IMG/VR virus record: IMGVR_UViG_3300012942_000088
Coordinates: 1 to 36,191 of that record
DNA length: 36,191 bases
Source: a virus
Taxonomy: Duplodnaviria > Caudoviricetes
Strand: one strand, 5' to 3'
A model generated the notes under the pieces. The model searched no databases. It was given only the letters and a program-made list of their open reading frames with translations, and was not told the origin of the DNA. How positions within the stretch are numbered: the first letter of the stretch is position 1; every line of letters starts with the position of its first letter. The translations under genes were made by a program, and so were the position numbers. Shown here piece by piece: positions 17,662 through 26,334 of this stretch.

Positions 17662-19120
17662 GGGTCTGTTCCACGTCGTAACGCCCAGCGGCTTGCGCGG
17701 TTTGCAAGGCGGTACCGATGGCGGTGGCGAGCTTGTCTGCCGGCAGATCCGCATAGGCGGCCAGAATCATCTCGCGCAGCTCTGCCAGCGAGCTGGCGGC
17801 ATCGACCATCGCCGCCAATTGATCCACCCAGCCATCCACCACCGGCTGCGCATGCGGTGCCAGTGCACCAGCGATGGATTCGGCCGGCGTGGACGCGACG
17901 GCTGGCGCTTCGGCGAACTGCGCACTGGCCGGCGCCAGCATGCCCGGCGGCCGGGACGGTGGCGTGGTGTCTGGTTCCCAGCCCTCGCCATACGTGGTGG
18001 TGACATAGTCCAGCGTGGGCTTGTAGCCCAGCTGGGCGATCTTGGTGTCGCGGTCAGCGCGCTTGTCCAGGTCTTCCGGCTCGGCGGTGACGCGGTACAC
18101 ACGCGGCACGGCGGCACCAGGGAAGTTCCATTCGGTGAGCCAGCGCGCGGGACCAAGGTTCCAGCTTTCGCAGACCAGGTCGGCGTCGGCCTTCACGATG
18201 TCCGCGCGCACCTGCGCCTGCAGCTGGTCGTTGCCCAGCTTGCCCGGCGTGCCCTGGGTGCTGGCGGTCTGGCCCAGCACCACCTTGGCGATGGTGGCGT
18301 CCATCGTGTCGTGCAGGGTCTTGTAGTCGCCGGTGCCGCTGCGCGCAGCTTCCAGCAGTTCCACCTGCATCTCGGCAGGCATGATGATGCCGCTGTCGGT
18401 CTGGATGGCGCGCACGGCCTGCAGCAGCCGGCTCTTCTCTGCATCCGTGGCGTTGCTGTCGAACTTGCCCACGCCCGTGGGCATGCCGAACTTCTCCAGG
18501 AAGATCAGCCAGAACTTGATGCCATTGCGCTTGAAGAACACCGGCCAGTAGAGCCAGTGCGCGAGGCCCAGACCATAGGGTTCGTCATCGTTGTCGGCAC
18601 CGGTGCTGAAGTTCCAGAAATACGGTGGCTCGGCCGGGATGCCTTCCAGCATGTGCTCGTAGGTGAGCAAGCGCAGATCCATGTGCTTGCCGAAACGGAA
18701 GCGGCGGCGGTTGCGCACCTTGACCTGCTTGATGCCGATATAGCGGCCCTGCACCTCGTAGATCAGCTCAGCCACGGCGTAGCCGTAGAACACGCCGAAC
18801 AGCATCTTGCTGGTGATGTTGTCCCAGCCGATGGCATTGATCTGGTCGCGCATGAAGTCGGCGGCGGCCTTGTCGATGGCGCGCTTGCCGCCGGCATCCA
18901 CCTGCCATTCGCATTGCGTCACGGCCAGCTGGCGCTGCGCAAAGACGGCCTTGACCTCCGCATCGCTGAACACCTGCTCGTACAGGGTGAGGTCGCCGCC
19001 GCGGTTGCGCAGCACGCTGTCGTACGGTGTGAGCAGCGGGCCAAGGTAGCCGCGGGTGATGTCGATGCCATCGGCGGTGGTGGCGATCTCGCGATTGAGC
19101 TGGGGTGTCGGGTCGCTCAT
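17654..19120 (-). CDS. Portal protein (Mu gp29 / DUF935)
   Basis: PYGLGL...LYWP..FK....FW..FLEKFGMP and I.K.VLGQT motifs; follows the terminase. Confidence 0.92.
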   Translation of the reverse strand: MSDPTPQLNREIATTADGIDITRGYLGPLLTPYDSVLRNRGGDLTLYEQVFSDAEVKAVFAQRQLAVTQCEWQVDAGGKRAIDKAAADFMRDQINAIGWDNITSKMLFGVFYGYAVAELIYEVQGRYIGIKQVKVRNRRRFRFGKHMDLRLLTYEHMLEGIPAEPPYFWNFSTGADNDDEPYGLGLAHWLYWPVFFKRNGIKFWLIFLEKFGMPTGVGKFDSNATDAEKSRLLQAVRAIQTDSGIIMPAEMQVELLEAARSGTGDYKTLHDTMDATIAKVVLGQTASTQGTPGKLGNDQLQAQVRADIVKADADLVCESWNLGPARWLTEWNFPGAAVPRVYRVTAEPEDLDKRADRDTKIAQLGYKPTLDYVTTTYGEGWEPDTTPPSRPPGMLAPASAQFAEAPAVASTPAESIAGALAPHAQPVVDGWVDQLAAMVDAASSLAELREMILAAYADLPADKLATAIGTALQTAQAAGRYDVEQTRV

Positions 19121-20559
19121 GCGAAGCCTCCAAAGTCGTTGCCGCCGGGCACGGTGCCGAAGCCGGCGTCGGTGTAGCCGCGGCCCAGCGCGTCGCGCGC
19201 GAAGGCGCGGGTGCCGGCGGATTGATATTCGATGGTCACCGCCGGTGCACTGCCCGCGTGCTGTGCCAGTGCCAGCGCCCAGAAATGGTCGGCATGGCCG
19301 TCGGGCGTGCGCTCGGCGGTAAAGCGGATGTTGCCGGCTGCGGTGGTCTGCTTGGTAACGCTGCGCAGGTCGGCGCGGATGGCCGGGTCGTAAGGGATGC
19401 GCACGGTGCGGTCCTGCATGCGCCCGCGCACCGGGTAGGCCAGGGCTTCCTTGGTCTTGGGCGTGAAGGTGACGCCTTCCACGCGGCTCTCGCCGAAGCG
19501 CCGCTGCGCGTCATCCACCCAGCCGATGCCCAGACCAGTGCCGTCGATGCAGGTGCGACGGCAGCGCGCGATCCACGGCCACAGAATGGCCTCCTGGTCG
19601 GGCTTGCTCATGTTGCGCAGCGCTTCGACGTGTCGGGTATACAGCACATCGCCCAGGCGCTCGAACACCCACAACACGGTGAGGTCTTTCTTGCGGCCGA
19701 TATCGATGCCGGCATACAGCTCCGTGCCTTCCAGTTGCTGCCACATCGCACCTTGCGCGTATTCGCAGCTGGCGATGAGGTCGTATTCCAGGAACGCCAC
19801 GTCGTCATCGGCGGGACGACACATGTATTCCTGCTGGAAGCTTTCCTCGTCGGCGCAGCCGGCGCGCACGAAGTCGAAATAGGCGGCCTCGTCCATTGCC
19901 TGGCGCTCGTCGTCGGCCGGCAACTTCTCCTGCAGCTTGTAAAGCAGGCCCTGGTCCAGTGCATCCTGCAGGGTCACGGTGTGCAGGCTGATGCCCTTGG
20001 GGTTGCCGGCTTCCTTGATCTCACGCACCAGCTGGTTGAAAAAGTTGTGGCTGCCGCGGTGGGTGCTGATCAGCTCCAGGCTGCCGCCCCAGGTGATGCC
20101 GGGATAGGCAATGGACCACAGCTTGCGCGGATCCGGGTGCAGCGCGAATTCGTCCAGCACGCGGCCGCCGCGCTTGCCGGCCTGCGCGTCCGGGTTGCTG
20201 GACATGCTGTGAATGCGTCGATCGTTGACGAACTGCAGCACGTAGGCGCTCTGCTTGGCACCGGCGTCCACCACCTGCTCGCCCAGGTCTTGCGCGGCCA
20301 GCTGCACCACGCCGGCGAACAGCTTGCAATCCTCCACGAACAGCCGCGCCTGCAGGTCATCGCGACTGGACACCCACTGATCCCATTTGGCACCGGCCAT
20401 GCCGGTGCGGCGCACGCAGGCGTAGGCACTGGTCCAGCTCCAGCCGATCTGGCGCGACTTTTCGCCCAGCTTCAAGCGGCTGTGATCGTTGATCCAGCGA
20501 CTCTGGAACGGCAGGAACGTGGCCTTGCGGTCGGCCGGGATGCAGCGTGCATTGCCCAT
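19117..20559 (-). CDS. Terminase large subunit (Mu gp28-like)
   Basis: Start MGNARC; EKSRQIGWS, VLDEFA, ISTH.G, FQQEYMC, GIDIGRKKDLTV and HAD.FWA motifs. Confidence 0.93.
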   Translation of the reverse strand: MGNARCIPADRKATFLPFQSRWINDHSRLKLGEKSRQIGWSWTSAYACVRRTGMAGAKWDQWVSSRDDLQARLFVEDCKLFAGVVQLAAQDLGEQVVDAGAKQSAYVLQFVNDRRIHSMSSNPDAQAGKRGGRVLDEFALHPDPRKLWSIAYPGITWGGSLELISTHRGSHNFFNQLVREIKEAGNPKGISLHTVTLQDALDQGLLYKLQEKLPADDERQAMDEAAYFDFVRAGCADEESFQQEYMCRPADDDVAFLEYDLIASCEYAQGAMWQQLEGTELYAGIDIGRKKDLTVLWVFERLGDVLYTRHVEALRNMSKPDQEAILWPWIARCRRTCIDGTGLGIGWVDDAQRRFGESRVEGVTFTPKTKEALAYPVRGRMQDRTVRIPYDPAIRADLRSVTKQTTAAGNIRFTAERTPDGHADHFWALALAQHAGSAPAVTIEYQSAGTRAFARDALGRGYTDAGFGTVPGGNDFGGFA

Positions 20560-21104
20560 CACACCAGACCTTGCAGGCGCGCGTCGATCGCCGCCATCGT
20601 GTCGGCGCTGATGCCGGCTTGCGTGCCGATTTGCTTGATGGCGGCTGCGGCGGCGTCCAGTTTCACGCGTACCTCGGCTGCCCACTTGTTGCGGGTGACG
20701 CTGGCACGGGTGAGCGTGGCAATGTTCTTGGCTGCCTTGCCCAACACCTCCACCTTTTTGGCCGGGTTGGTTTCTTCCTCGGCTTCCTGCATGGCCAGCA
20801 GCGCGTCGAAGATCTCGGTCTGCACCAGGCTGATGATCGCGTTGCTGCGATCGTCCGCCTCGTCTGGTGCCGCCTCGCTGATCATGCGCGCGGCTTCAGT
20901 ACTGGCCTTGATCGCCGCCAGCCGGCGCTGCAGCTTGCTGCCGTAGCGCTGCAGGCCGGAGCTGCCGCCGACATCCGCACCCAGTTCGTCGCGGATGCGC
21001 TGGGTCAGCCAGTCGTAGCCGGCAAAGCCGGCCTTGATCAGCAGCCGGTCAATCTGCGCGCGGATCTCGTCCGGCTGCTGGTCGATCTTCGATCGGCGAG
21101 CCAC
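20559..21104 (-). CDS. Terminase small subunit (Mu gp27 / DUF3486)
   Basis: RRSKIDQ.P.EIR...S.LQRYG motif; GTG start at 21104, alternative at 21113. Confidence 0.85.
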   Translation of the reverse strand: MARRSKIDQQPDEIRAQIDRLLIKAGFAGYDWLTQRIRDELGADVGGSSGLQRYGSKLQRRLAAIKASTEAARMISEAAPDEADDRSNAIISLVQTEIFDALLAMQEAEEETNPAKKVEVLGKAAKNIATLTRASVTRNKWAAEVRVKLDAAAAAIKQIGTQAGISADTMAAIDARLQGLV

Positions 21105-21109
21105 GGCGG

Positions 21110-21418
21110 TCACCAATACTTCGCGGGGCGCGCAATGCCCGGCAGGCAGTCCACGGTGTATTCCGCCACGTCCACGCCGTAGTGGGTCAGATCCGCGCGC
21201 CAACGGCCGCCGGGCTCCTTCACCACCACCACCAGCTTGCGGTCGTCCAGGTAATCCAGCTCGCGGCGCAGCTCCAATGCCGTGGCATCGGTATATACCG
21301 CCTGCACCACGGCAAGCATCACCTCTTCGTACAGATAGGTGGGTCGGCCGTTGTTGAGCGTGAGCAGAATCGTCCAGCGGATTGATTCGCGCCGCACCTT
21401 GTCCATGTCTACCGTCAT
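21110..21418 (-). CDS. Mu gp26-like winged-helix protein
   Basis: RRE.IRW.IL..L...LRRELDYL..R.LV....LT..G.DVAEY....PGIARP motif. Confidence 0.82.
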   Translation of the reverse strand: MTVDMDKVRRESIRWTILLTLNNGRPTYLYEEVMLAVVQAVYTDATALELRRELDYLDDRKLVVVVKEPGGRWRADLTHYGVDVAEYTVDCLPGIARPAKYW

Positions 21419-21729
21419 TGCTTCCCCCTTGCTCCGTCGATCTGTACGCGTTTGAGCTCGCCGGCAATGGCGTCGAGCTTGGCTTCAATCACACTCTGGC
21501 CGCGCACGTAGTCCTCGCGACGCACGTATTGCACGGCCATGTCGGCCTGGAATCTCAGGAAGTCGCGTTCCAGGTCTTGCCACGACGCGGCTTGCGTTTC
21601 GACCGCGCGAAAGCGCTGGTCCAGCGACTTCTGGATCTGCACCAGCAGCACCTTGCCGAAGGTGGCCAGCAAGCCGACCAACGTGAGCAACAGGCTCACC
21701 ACCTGCCACAGTTCCACGGAGAACGTCAT
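21415..21729 (-). CDS. Membrane protein in the Mu gp25 position
   Basis: N-terminal TM helix, coiled coil and YVRREDY motif; lies between the spanins and gp26. Confidence 0.75.
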   Translation of the reverse strand: MTFSVELWQVVSLLLTLVGLLATFGKVLLVQIQKSLDQRFRAVETQAASWQDLERDFLRFQADMAVQYVRREDYVRGQSVIEAKLDAIAGELKRVQIDGARGKQ

Positions 21730-21965
21730 CGGCCACCTCGCAGGTGGCGCTCATGCTCGGCCGCACACGCGACGCAACGGCTGGTGGCATGGCGCATGGC
21801 GTGCAGGCGTGCGGGCTCGATGGGTTGTTCGCAATCGATGCAGCATCCGTCCACACGCGTGTCGCGCGGCGACAGCGACGCGGCAATGCGTGTTTGCACC
21901 TGGGCCAGTGCGCGTTCGCGATCGAAGGCTTCCTGTGTCTGTGCGCGATCCATGTCATCGATCAT
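21726..21965 (-). CDS. TraR/DksA C4-type zinc-finger protein
   Basis: D.MDRAQ...C.DC..PI..ARL.A.....RCV.C motif. Confidence 0.88.
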   Translation of the reverse strand: MIDDMDRAQTQEAFDRERALAQVQTRIAASLSPRDTRVDGCCIDCEQPIEPARLHAMRHATSRCVACAAEHERHLRGGR

Positions 21966-22290
21966 GCGTGTTGCTCCCTTGCGGTGTGGCGTGCGCCGCT
22001 GCGGCGCGATCGGCATTGGCACGTTGCAGCAGACCGCGCCATTGCTCGATCCACGCCAATGCATCCACCACACATACCGCAGGTTGCCCATTGCGCAAGC
22101 GACAGCGCGACGGTGGCGGCGCGGGCGCGGGCAGTGGATCGGTAAGGGTGTGGTCGAGTGGCGCATAGACCTCAACGGGCACCTTGATAACTTGGGGTCG
22201 TGTCAGTACCTGCGACTGGACCCCACAAGCGGTGAGCCACGGCAGGACACACAGGCAGATCAGCCAATGGCTGGCAGTCGGACGATTCAT
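21955..22290 (-). CDS. o-spanin (Rz1-like lipoprotein)
   Basis: Lipobox LTAC, Pro-rich, overlaps the 3' end of the i-spanin in another frame. Confidence 0.75.
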   Translation of the reverse strand: MNRPTASHWLICLCVLPWLTACGVQSQVLTRPQVIKVPVEVYAPLDHTLTDPLPAPAPPPSRCRLRNGQPAVCVVDALAWIEQWRGLLQRANADRAAAAHATPQGSNTHDR

Positions 22291-22606
22291 GGGCGGCCTG
22301 TTGGACGGCGCGCGTACGCGCGGAGGTAAGTTGCACGATGCGCGCCTGTGCGGCATCGCGTTGATCCAGCGCCATCGACATGGCATCGCGCAGCTGCTGC
22401 AGCTGATGCAGACGATCGGCGGATTGCGTGGCCAGCGTGTCCAACGCGGACTGCGTGGCTTTGGCATCGTTGACGCAGGTTTGCTTGTCCATCCGCGACT
22501 GGGAGAGCGCGTCCGTGTCGCGGCGCGACTGCCAATGCATGCCGATGCCGAAGCCGATGATGCCCAGCAACAGCAGCGCGCCCAGTTGGGTCAACAGGCT
22601 TTTCAT
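22172..22606 (-). CDS. i-spanin (Rz-like)
   Basis: N-terminal TM helix followed by coiled coil; directly after the endolysin. Confidence 0.75.
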   Translation of the reverse strand: MKSLLTQLGALLLLGIIGFGIGMHWQSRRDTDALSQSRMDKQTCVNDAKATQSALDTLATQSADRLHQLQQLRDAMSMALDQRDAAQARIVQLTSARTRAVQQAAHESSDCQPLADLPVCPAVAHRLWGPVAGTDTTPSYQGAR

Positions 22607-23289
22607 GATGCATGCACCGCATGTTGTGCGCGGTGCTGCCGCCACCAGGCCCAGCCGGCGGCGCCCAGCGATACCAGCACCAGCATGGCGCCCAGCAGCC
22701 GCAACCATTGCGGCCAGCCCGCGGTGGCGGTGACCACTTGCCCCGTGGCCTGCAGCAGCGGTTGCACCTGCTGCACGGCTTCCACCGCGGCGGCGGTACC
22801 GCCAGCAGCGGCGGCGACACCGACGGCCGTGGGACGCACTTTTGCCGGCCGCGGCGCCACGATGCCGGCCATGCGCAAGCCTTCGTCCAGCGTGACGGTG
22901 TCGTACCACTGGCCAGTGCGCGTGGGTGCCGGGCCGTTTTCGTGGCGGATGATGGCGCGCACCAGCGGCGCCATGACGGCGTGATCGTGCACGTCGATCA
23001 CGCTGCCGGTGGCCACGCCCAGGTCATGCGCTACCGCCTGCATGTAGGCGGCGGTGTTGTTTTCCTTGGGTGGCGCCCAACGCATGACCATGCCGGCGAC
23101 CGTGTGCAGGTGGTGCTTGTCCTGGTAGGCAATCAGGGTGATGGCGATGGCGCGGATACCCCAGGCAGGGGCCGCGAACTGGCAGAAATCCGGATCGGTG
23201 CGCTTGGCAGGAGCCAGCAGGCCTTGCCAGGGATCACCCCAGCGCAGGTTGCCGGGGTTGCAGTTGCGAATGCCGCGAGGCTTGTCCAT
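22603..23289 (-). CDS. Endolysin (lysozyme-like) with C-terminal membrane segment
   Basis: RGIRN.NPGNLR, F..P.WGIRA, RWAP..ENNT.AY and HENG motifs; first gene of the lysis operon; hydrophobic C-terminus; GTG at 23292 is an alternative start. Confidence 0.75.
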   Translation of the reverse strand: MDKPRGIRNCNPGNLRWGDPWQGLLAPAKRTDPDFCQFAAPAWGIRAIAITLIAYQDKHHLHTVAGMVMRWAPPKENNTAAYMQAVAHDLGVATGSVIDVHDHAVMAPLVRAIIRHENGPAPTRTGQWYDTVTLDEGLRMAGIVAPRPAKVRPTAVGVAAAAGGTAAAVEAVQQVQPLLQATGQVVTATAGWPQWLRLLGAMLVLVSLGAAGWAWWRQHRAQHAVHAS

Positions 23290-23309
23290 CACCGTCTCCG
23301 AAAGAAGGC

Positions 23310-23343
23310 GGCCGATGGCAGCGAGGAGGAACTGCCACCGGCC
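23310..23343 (-). terminator. 12-bp hairpin with CCUCC loop in the lysis leader (terminator or translational control)
   Basis: GGCCGGUGGCAG-UUCCUCCUCG-CUGCCAUCGGCC, followed by GCCUUCUUUC and the GGAG RBS. Confidence 0.5.
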
Positions 23344-23374
23344 AAACGCGCGTCAATGCGCGCTGCCGGTGACG

Positions 23375-23419
23375 AGTGTCCTCAATGGTGGCGGGTGGGT
23401 CTTTGGGCCTGGTTCAAAA
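23375..23419 (-). promoter_or_regulatory. Putative Mor/C-activated late promoter for lysis and packaging genes
   Basis: TTTTGAACCAGGCCCAAAGACC box with -10-like GACACT at the same spacing as the copy at 15632-15676. Confidence 0.7.
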
Positions 23420-23444
23420 GATGGCGAACGTTCTTGGCCAACGA

Positions 23445-24413
23445 TTATTCATCGTCTGGAATCAGTCGTTCCATTTCAATGGCTACAGGCTTTTGTACGC
23501 CTGTACTGGCCGGCTTGCTGTAAAGAACGGTAACGTCCGCCCGCACCGCAGCGTTATCGGCCAACTGGTCGGGCAAGATGTTGTCTGGCAGGATCAGCTT
23601 TACACGGCGGTCGACGATGCCTGGAATCACTGCACGCCAGCCACTGGTATGGGAATCACGATCCGTGGCACGGATCTGCAGATCTACATCGGGATAATGT
23701 TGTTCGAACTCGGCGCGACCGAATTCGGGGTGCTTGGGAGTGGCCTTGACCGTGTCGGGTGTAAATATCAAGCCCTGCTGGCCATCCACCACCACCTTGG
23801 CTTGCGGATCATGCTTGGCGGGCGCCAAGACGCGAGCAGCGCCATCGGCAAGCTTCTTCTTGTCAGCTCCCACAGCGGCTTCAATGATGGTGGCAAACGC
23901 CTTGGGATCTACCGAATACGATTCGGCACCAATCGCGATGATGAGGTTGTTGTTAGCCTCGATCTGCACCTGAGCACGCTTGTCATCATGCGCGGCATAC
24001 CACGCACCAGCGCCAATAAGCGCGGCAAGCACTACAGAGATAGCGGCAATCTTTCCCACGGGCTTGTCCCCTCCTGGAAGGGCATCATAGGCGATCTTCC
24101 AAGCGTCACGGTATTCGCCGGCGTTCAGTTTGCCAAGGAAGTTGAGCAAGTCTTCCTCGCTACGGAAAAACAATTTGGTAAGCGCCTGCGTGATGAAGGA
24201 GCCCTCCTCAAAGCCCTCCACATACAGCTCGGCACCGATGATTTCTTCATGCGAAAGCACCGCCAGCATGCGCGGCAAAAAGCGTGTGGATAATTCCTGC
24301 AGGCCCTTCAGTGATTCGATGACATCCCTTACGGGCAGCGGTTGGCGATTGGTATAGGTGACCGCATGTTCAACCGCAATGTAATACGCACTTGCTCCTG
24401 TCATTGCTTCCAT
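23445..24413 (-). CDS. Accessory protein with one predicted TM helix, function unknown
   Basis: 322-aa ORF, less GC-rich than its neighbours, AAGGGG RBS, hydrophobic segment IAAISVVLAALIGAGAWYAA. Confidence 0.8.
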   Translation of the reverse strand: MEAMTGASAYYIAVEHAVTYTNRQPLPVRDVIESLKGLQELSTRFLPRMLAVLSHEEIIGAELYVEGFEEGSFITQALTKLFFRSEEDLLNFLGKLNAGEYRDAWKIAYDALPGGDKPVGKIAAISVVLAALIGAGAWYAAHDDKRAQVQIEANNNLIIAIGAESYSVDPKAFATIIEAAVGADKKKLADGAARVLAPAKHDPQAKVVVDGQQGLIFTPDTVKATPKHPEFGRAEFEQHYPDVDLQIRATDRDSHTSGWRAVIPGIVDRRVKLILPDNILPDQLADNAAVRADVTVLYSKPASTGVQKPVAIEMERLIPDDE

Positions 24414-24427
24414 CCCCTTTGTTGAAT

Positions 24428-25057
24428 TCAGTCTTTCGACTTCGTGCTGCTACTCCGCGCGGCATCCACCTTTGCCATGAATTTGCGAATCGACAGGATG
24501 GCCGTGGCCTGACCGCCTGGGATGCGCTCGATGTTGAATTGGGCATCCTCGTAGCCATCACCGGTGTGGAACCGCAGGCGGCAGTCCTTGGCGGCCACCA
24601 TCCGTTTGAGTAGCGAATATGGAATCACCACGCTGTTATTGCTGGCGGTGTAGATGGTGCGCGACACGGTGTTGTAGTCGCTGCTGCTTAGCTTGGTGGG
24701 CGCCCCGGCCTGCCACTTCGTGATCTCGCCATCGACATTGATGTCCATGCCGCTGAGGCGTGTGTACATGGCGCTGCCGTAATTCGCGTTGGCCTGATAG
24801 GACATGTCCAGCGCCACGTAATCAGGTGATGCGCTACTCCAGTGCGCGCCAAGCCGAACCGCATTGCCCCAGCTGCCTTCGGCCCACAAAGGCATGGCCG
24901 ACACAGAAACCTCGGTGGCGTTGTCGAAGGTGGCGTGATGCTCGCTTACCACTCCCATGCCAGCGGCTGCCGACATGGCATCGGTCATGGTGGCGCAGCC
25001 GGTGAGGCCGATGGATGTCAGCATGACCGCTATGGTCAGCATGCAACGTGTCTTCAT
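24428..25057 (-). CDS. Accessory lipoprotein
   Basis: Signal peptide with lipobox LTGC; AAGGGG RBS. Confidence 0.85.
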   Translation of the reverse strand: MKTRCMLTIAVMLTSIGLTGCATMTDAMSAAAGMGVVSEHHATFDNATEVSVSAMPLWAEGSWGNAVRLGAHWSSASPDYVALDMSYQANANYGSAMYTRLSGMDINVDGEITKWQAGAPTKLSSSDYNTVSRTIYTASNNSVVIPYSLLKRMVAAKDCRLRFHTGDGYEDAQFNIERIPGGQATAILSIRKFMAKVDAARSSSTKSKD

Positions 25058-25107
25058 GACATTCCCCTTCTGGTTGGTCGATCAATCCTTCTTGCATGGT
25101 GTGGCGC

Positions 25108-25491
25108 TCAGAAATACTGCTTGCAGGCAGCCGGAGCGTGAGCGACCCGAGTGAAGTGCAGCGTGAACATGCCGCCCCATGTCTTGGCGTCAAAGCTGTC
25201 CTGGCCTGTTCGCGTCAGCGTATAGGTGTTGTTGAGGTAAGCCTTGTTGCCGGCAATGGAAAGGTCGACAACCAACGGGGCCACGCCAAGTTGCATGGAG
25301 GTCACCTCGCAATGCACGCCCGTGCCGTCGGGGCGTACGAACCAATTGATGCGGTGGCCGCCACCGTTTGCCGACCAATACCCGGCGAGATCAGTGGGCT
25401 GCGCCTTGACGTTCAAAGCCTGGTTTGTTGCGCATGCAGAAAGTCCTGCACCAACCAGCGTGACGACAAACAGCTTGCGAAGTGTCTTCAT
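25108..25491 (-). CDS. Accessory lipoprotein
   Basis: Signal peptide with lipobox LSAC; beta-rich mature region (LAGYW). Confidence 0.85.
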   Translation of the reverse strand: MKTLRKLFVVTLVGAGLSACATNQALNVKAQPTDLAGYWSANGGGHRINWFVRPDGTGVHCEVTSMQLGVAPLVVDLSIAGNKAYLNNTYTLTRTGQDSFDAKTWGGMFTLHFTRVAHAPAACKQYF

Positions 25492-25515
25492 GACGTTCCC
25501 TCTTCGTGGTGATGG

Positions 25516-26031
25516 TCAGTTCTTGGGTTTGCGGGTGCGTGGCGCAGGCTTGGGCGGCTTCTTTGCGGGCGGTGATTGAGCATTGGGTACAGTCGCCGCG
25601 GCAGCGGCTGCAGCGCTGGCGAGAATAATGGCGCGCCCTGTTTCGTCCGCCTTTCGATAATCATCGAGCAGCTTCGCCTCATCTTCCGGCAATGACGACA
25701 TGCGTGCCTGGAACACCACGTCCATCACTTGAGCCTGTTGCTGTTTTGTCAAACCCGATATCGAAACTGTGGCCTCGGATGCTGCGCGCACGTGAGACAA
25801 CCGTCGCTCCAGCTCCATCTCTGCCGGCGTGATGCGCTGGCCCGTCACCACATAGCGCACATCCACACCAGCCTTGCCCAACGCTTCGAAGTACGCGGCA
25901 TCAGGCGTGCGATCGCCTTTTTCATATTTGAGCTGCGCTTGTTTCAGCACGCCGCCAAGTTTTCCGAACTCAGCTTGACTCAGATGCATGTCTTGGCGCA
26001 CCTGGCGCAGCCTTCCGCCAACGGTATCCAT
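25516..26031 (-). CDS. Prophage repressor (XRE HTH)
   Basis: MDTVGGRLRQVR....LSQAEFG..GGV....Q.KYEKG.R.PDA.Y; divergent from the early operon; no S24 peptidase domain. Confidence 0.88.
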   Translation of the reverse strand: MDTVGGRLRQVRQDMHLSQAEFGKLGGVLKQAQLKYEKGDRTPDAAYFEALGKAGVDVRYVVTGQRITPAEMELERRLSHVRAASEATVSISGLTKQQQAQVMDVVFQARMSSLPEDEAKLLDDYRKADETGRAIILASAAAAAAATVPNAQSPPAKKPPKPAPRTRKPKN

Positions 26032-26050
26032 TTGAACCCCGCAAAAGATA

Positions 26051-26079
26051 TTGACAGGTACGCAATTGCGTACCATCAT
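26051..26079 (+). promoter_or_regulatory. Early promoter with a perfect 18-bp palindromic operator
   Basis: TTGACA (26051-26056), 17-bp spacer, CATCAT; GGTACGCAATTGCGTACC at 26057-26074. Confidence 0.85.
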
Positions 26080-26118
26080 TTGCCTCAACAAGACGCAATA
26101 ACACGCGAGGTTACAACG

Positions 26119-26334
26119 ATGCGCAACAAGAGTGCCGTCCGCACGCCTGAACAGGCGCGCGAGTGGATCAAGGCCAACGGCATCAACATCACGACGTTTG
26201 CCCAGGAACACGGCATCAGTCGGTTCGCCGTGGTCGATGTGCTGCGTGGCCACCGCAAAGGACTGCGCGGCGATTCGCACCGCGCCGCCATTGCCCTTGG
26301 CATGAAGCGCAACCCGAAGGAGATCGAGCTGTGA
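26119..26334 (+). CDS. BcepMu gp16-family DNA-binding protein (Ner/Cro analogue)
   Basis: TPEQAREW....GI....FA...G.....V..VL.G..KG.RG.SH.AA.ALGMK; first early gene; GAGG RBS. Confidence 0.88.
   Translation: MRNKSAVRTPEQAREWIKANGINITTFAQEHGISRFAVVDVLRGHRKGLRGDSHRAAIALGMKRNPKEIEL

Noticed and set aside
17609-20946. Long + strand ORFs (522 and 613 aa)
   Set aside because: Shadows of the portal and terminase genes
23376-24293. 305-aa + strand ORF
   Set aside because: Antisense to the 322-aa gene, which has an RBS and fits the operon; no recognisable features
25048-25510. CRISPR or integron attC interpretation of the moron repeats
   Set aside because: Only two imperfect copies 434 bp apart, overlapping start codons; no cas or integrase gene and no attC structure
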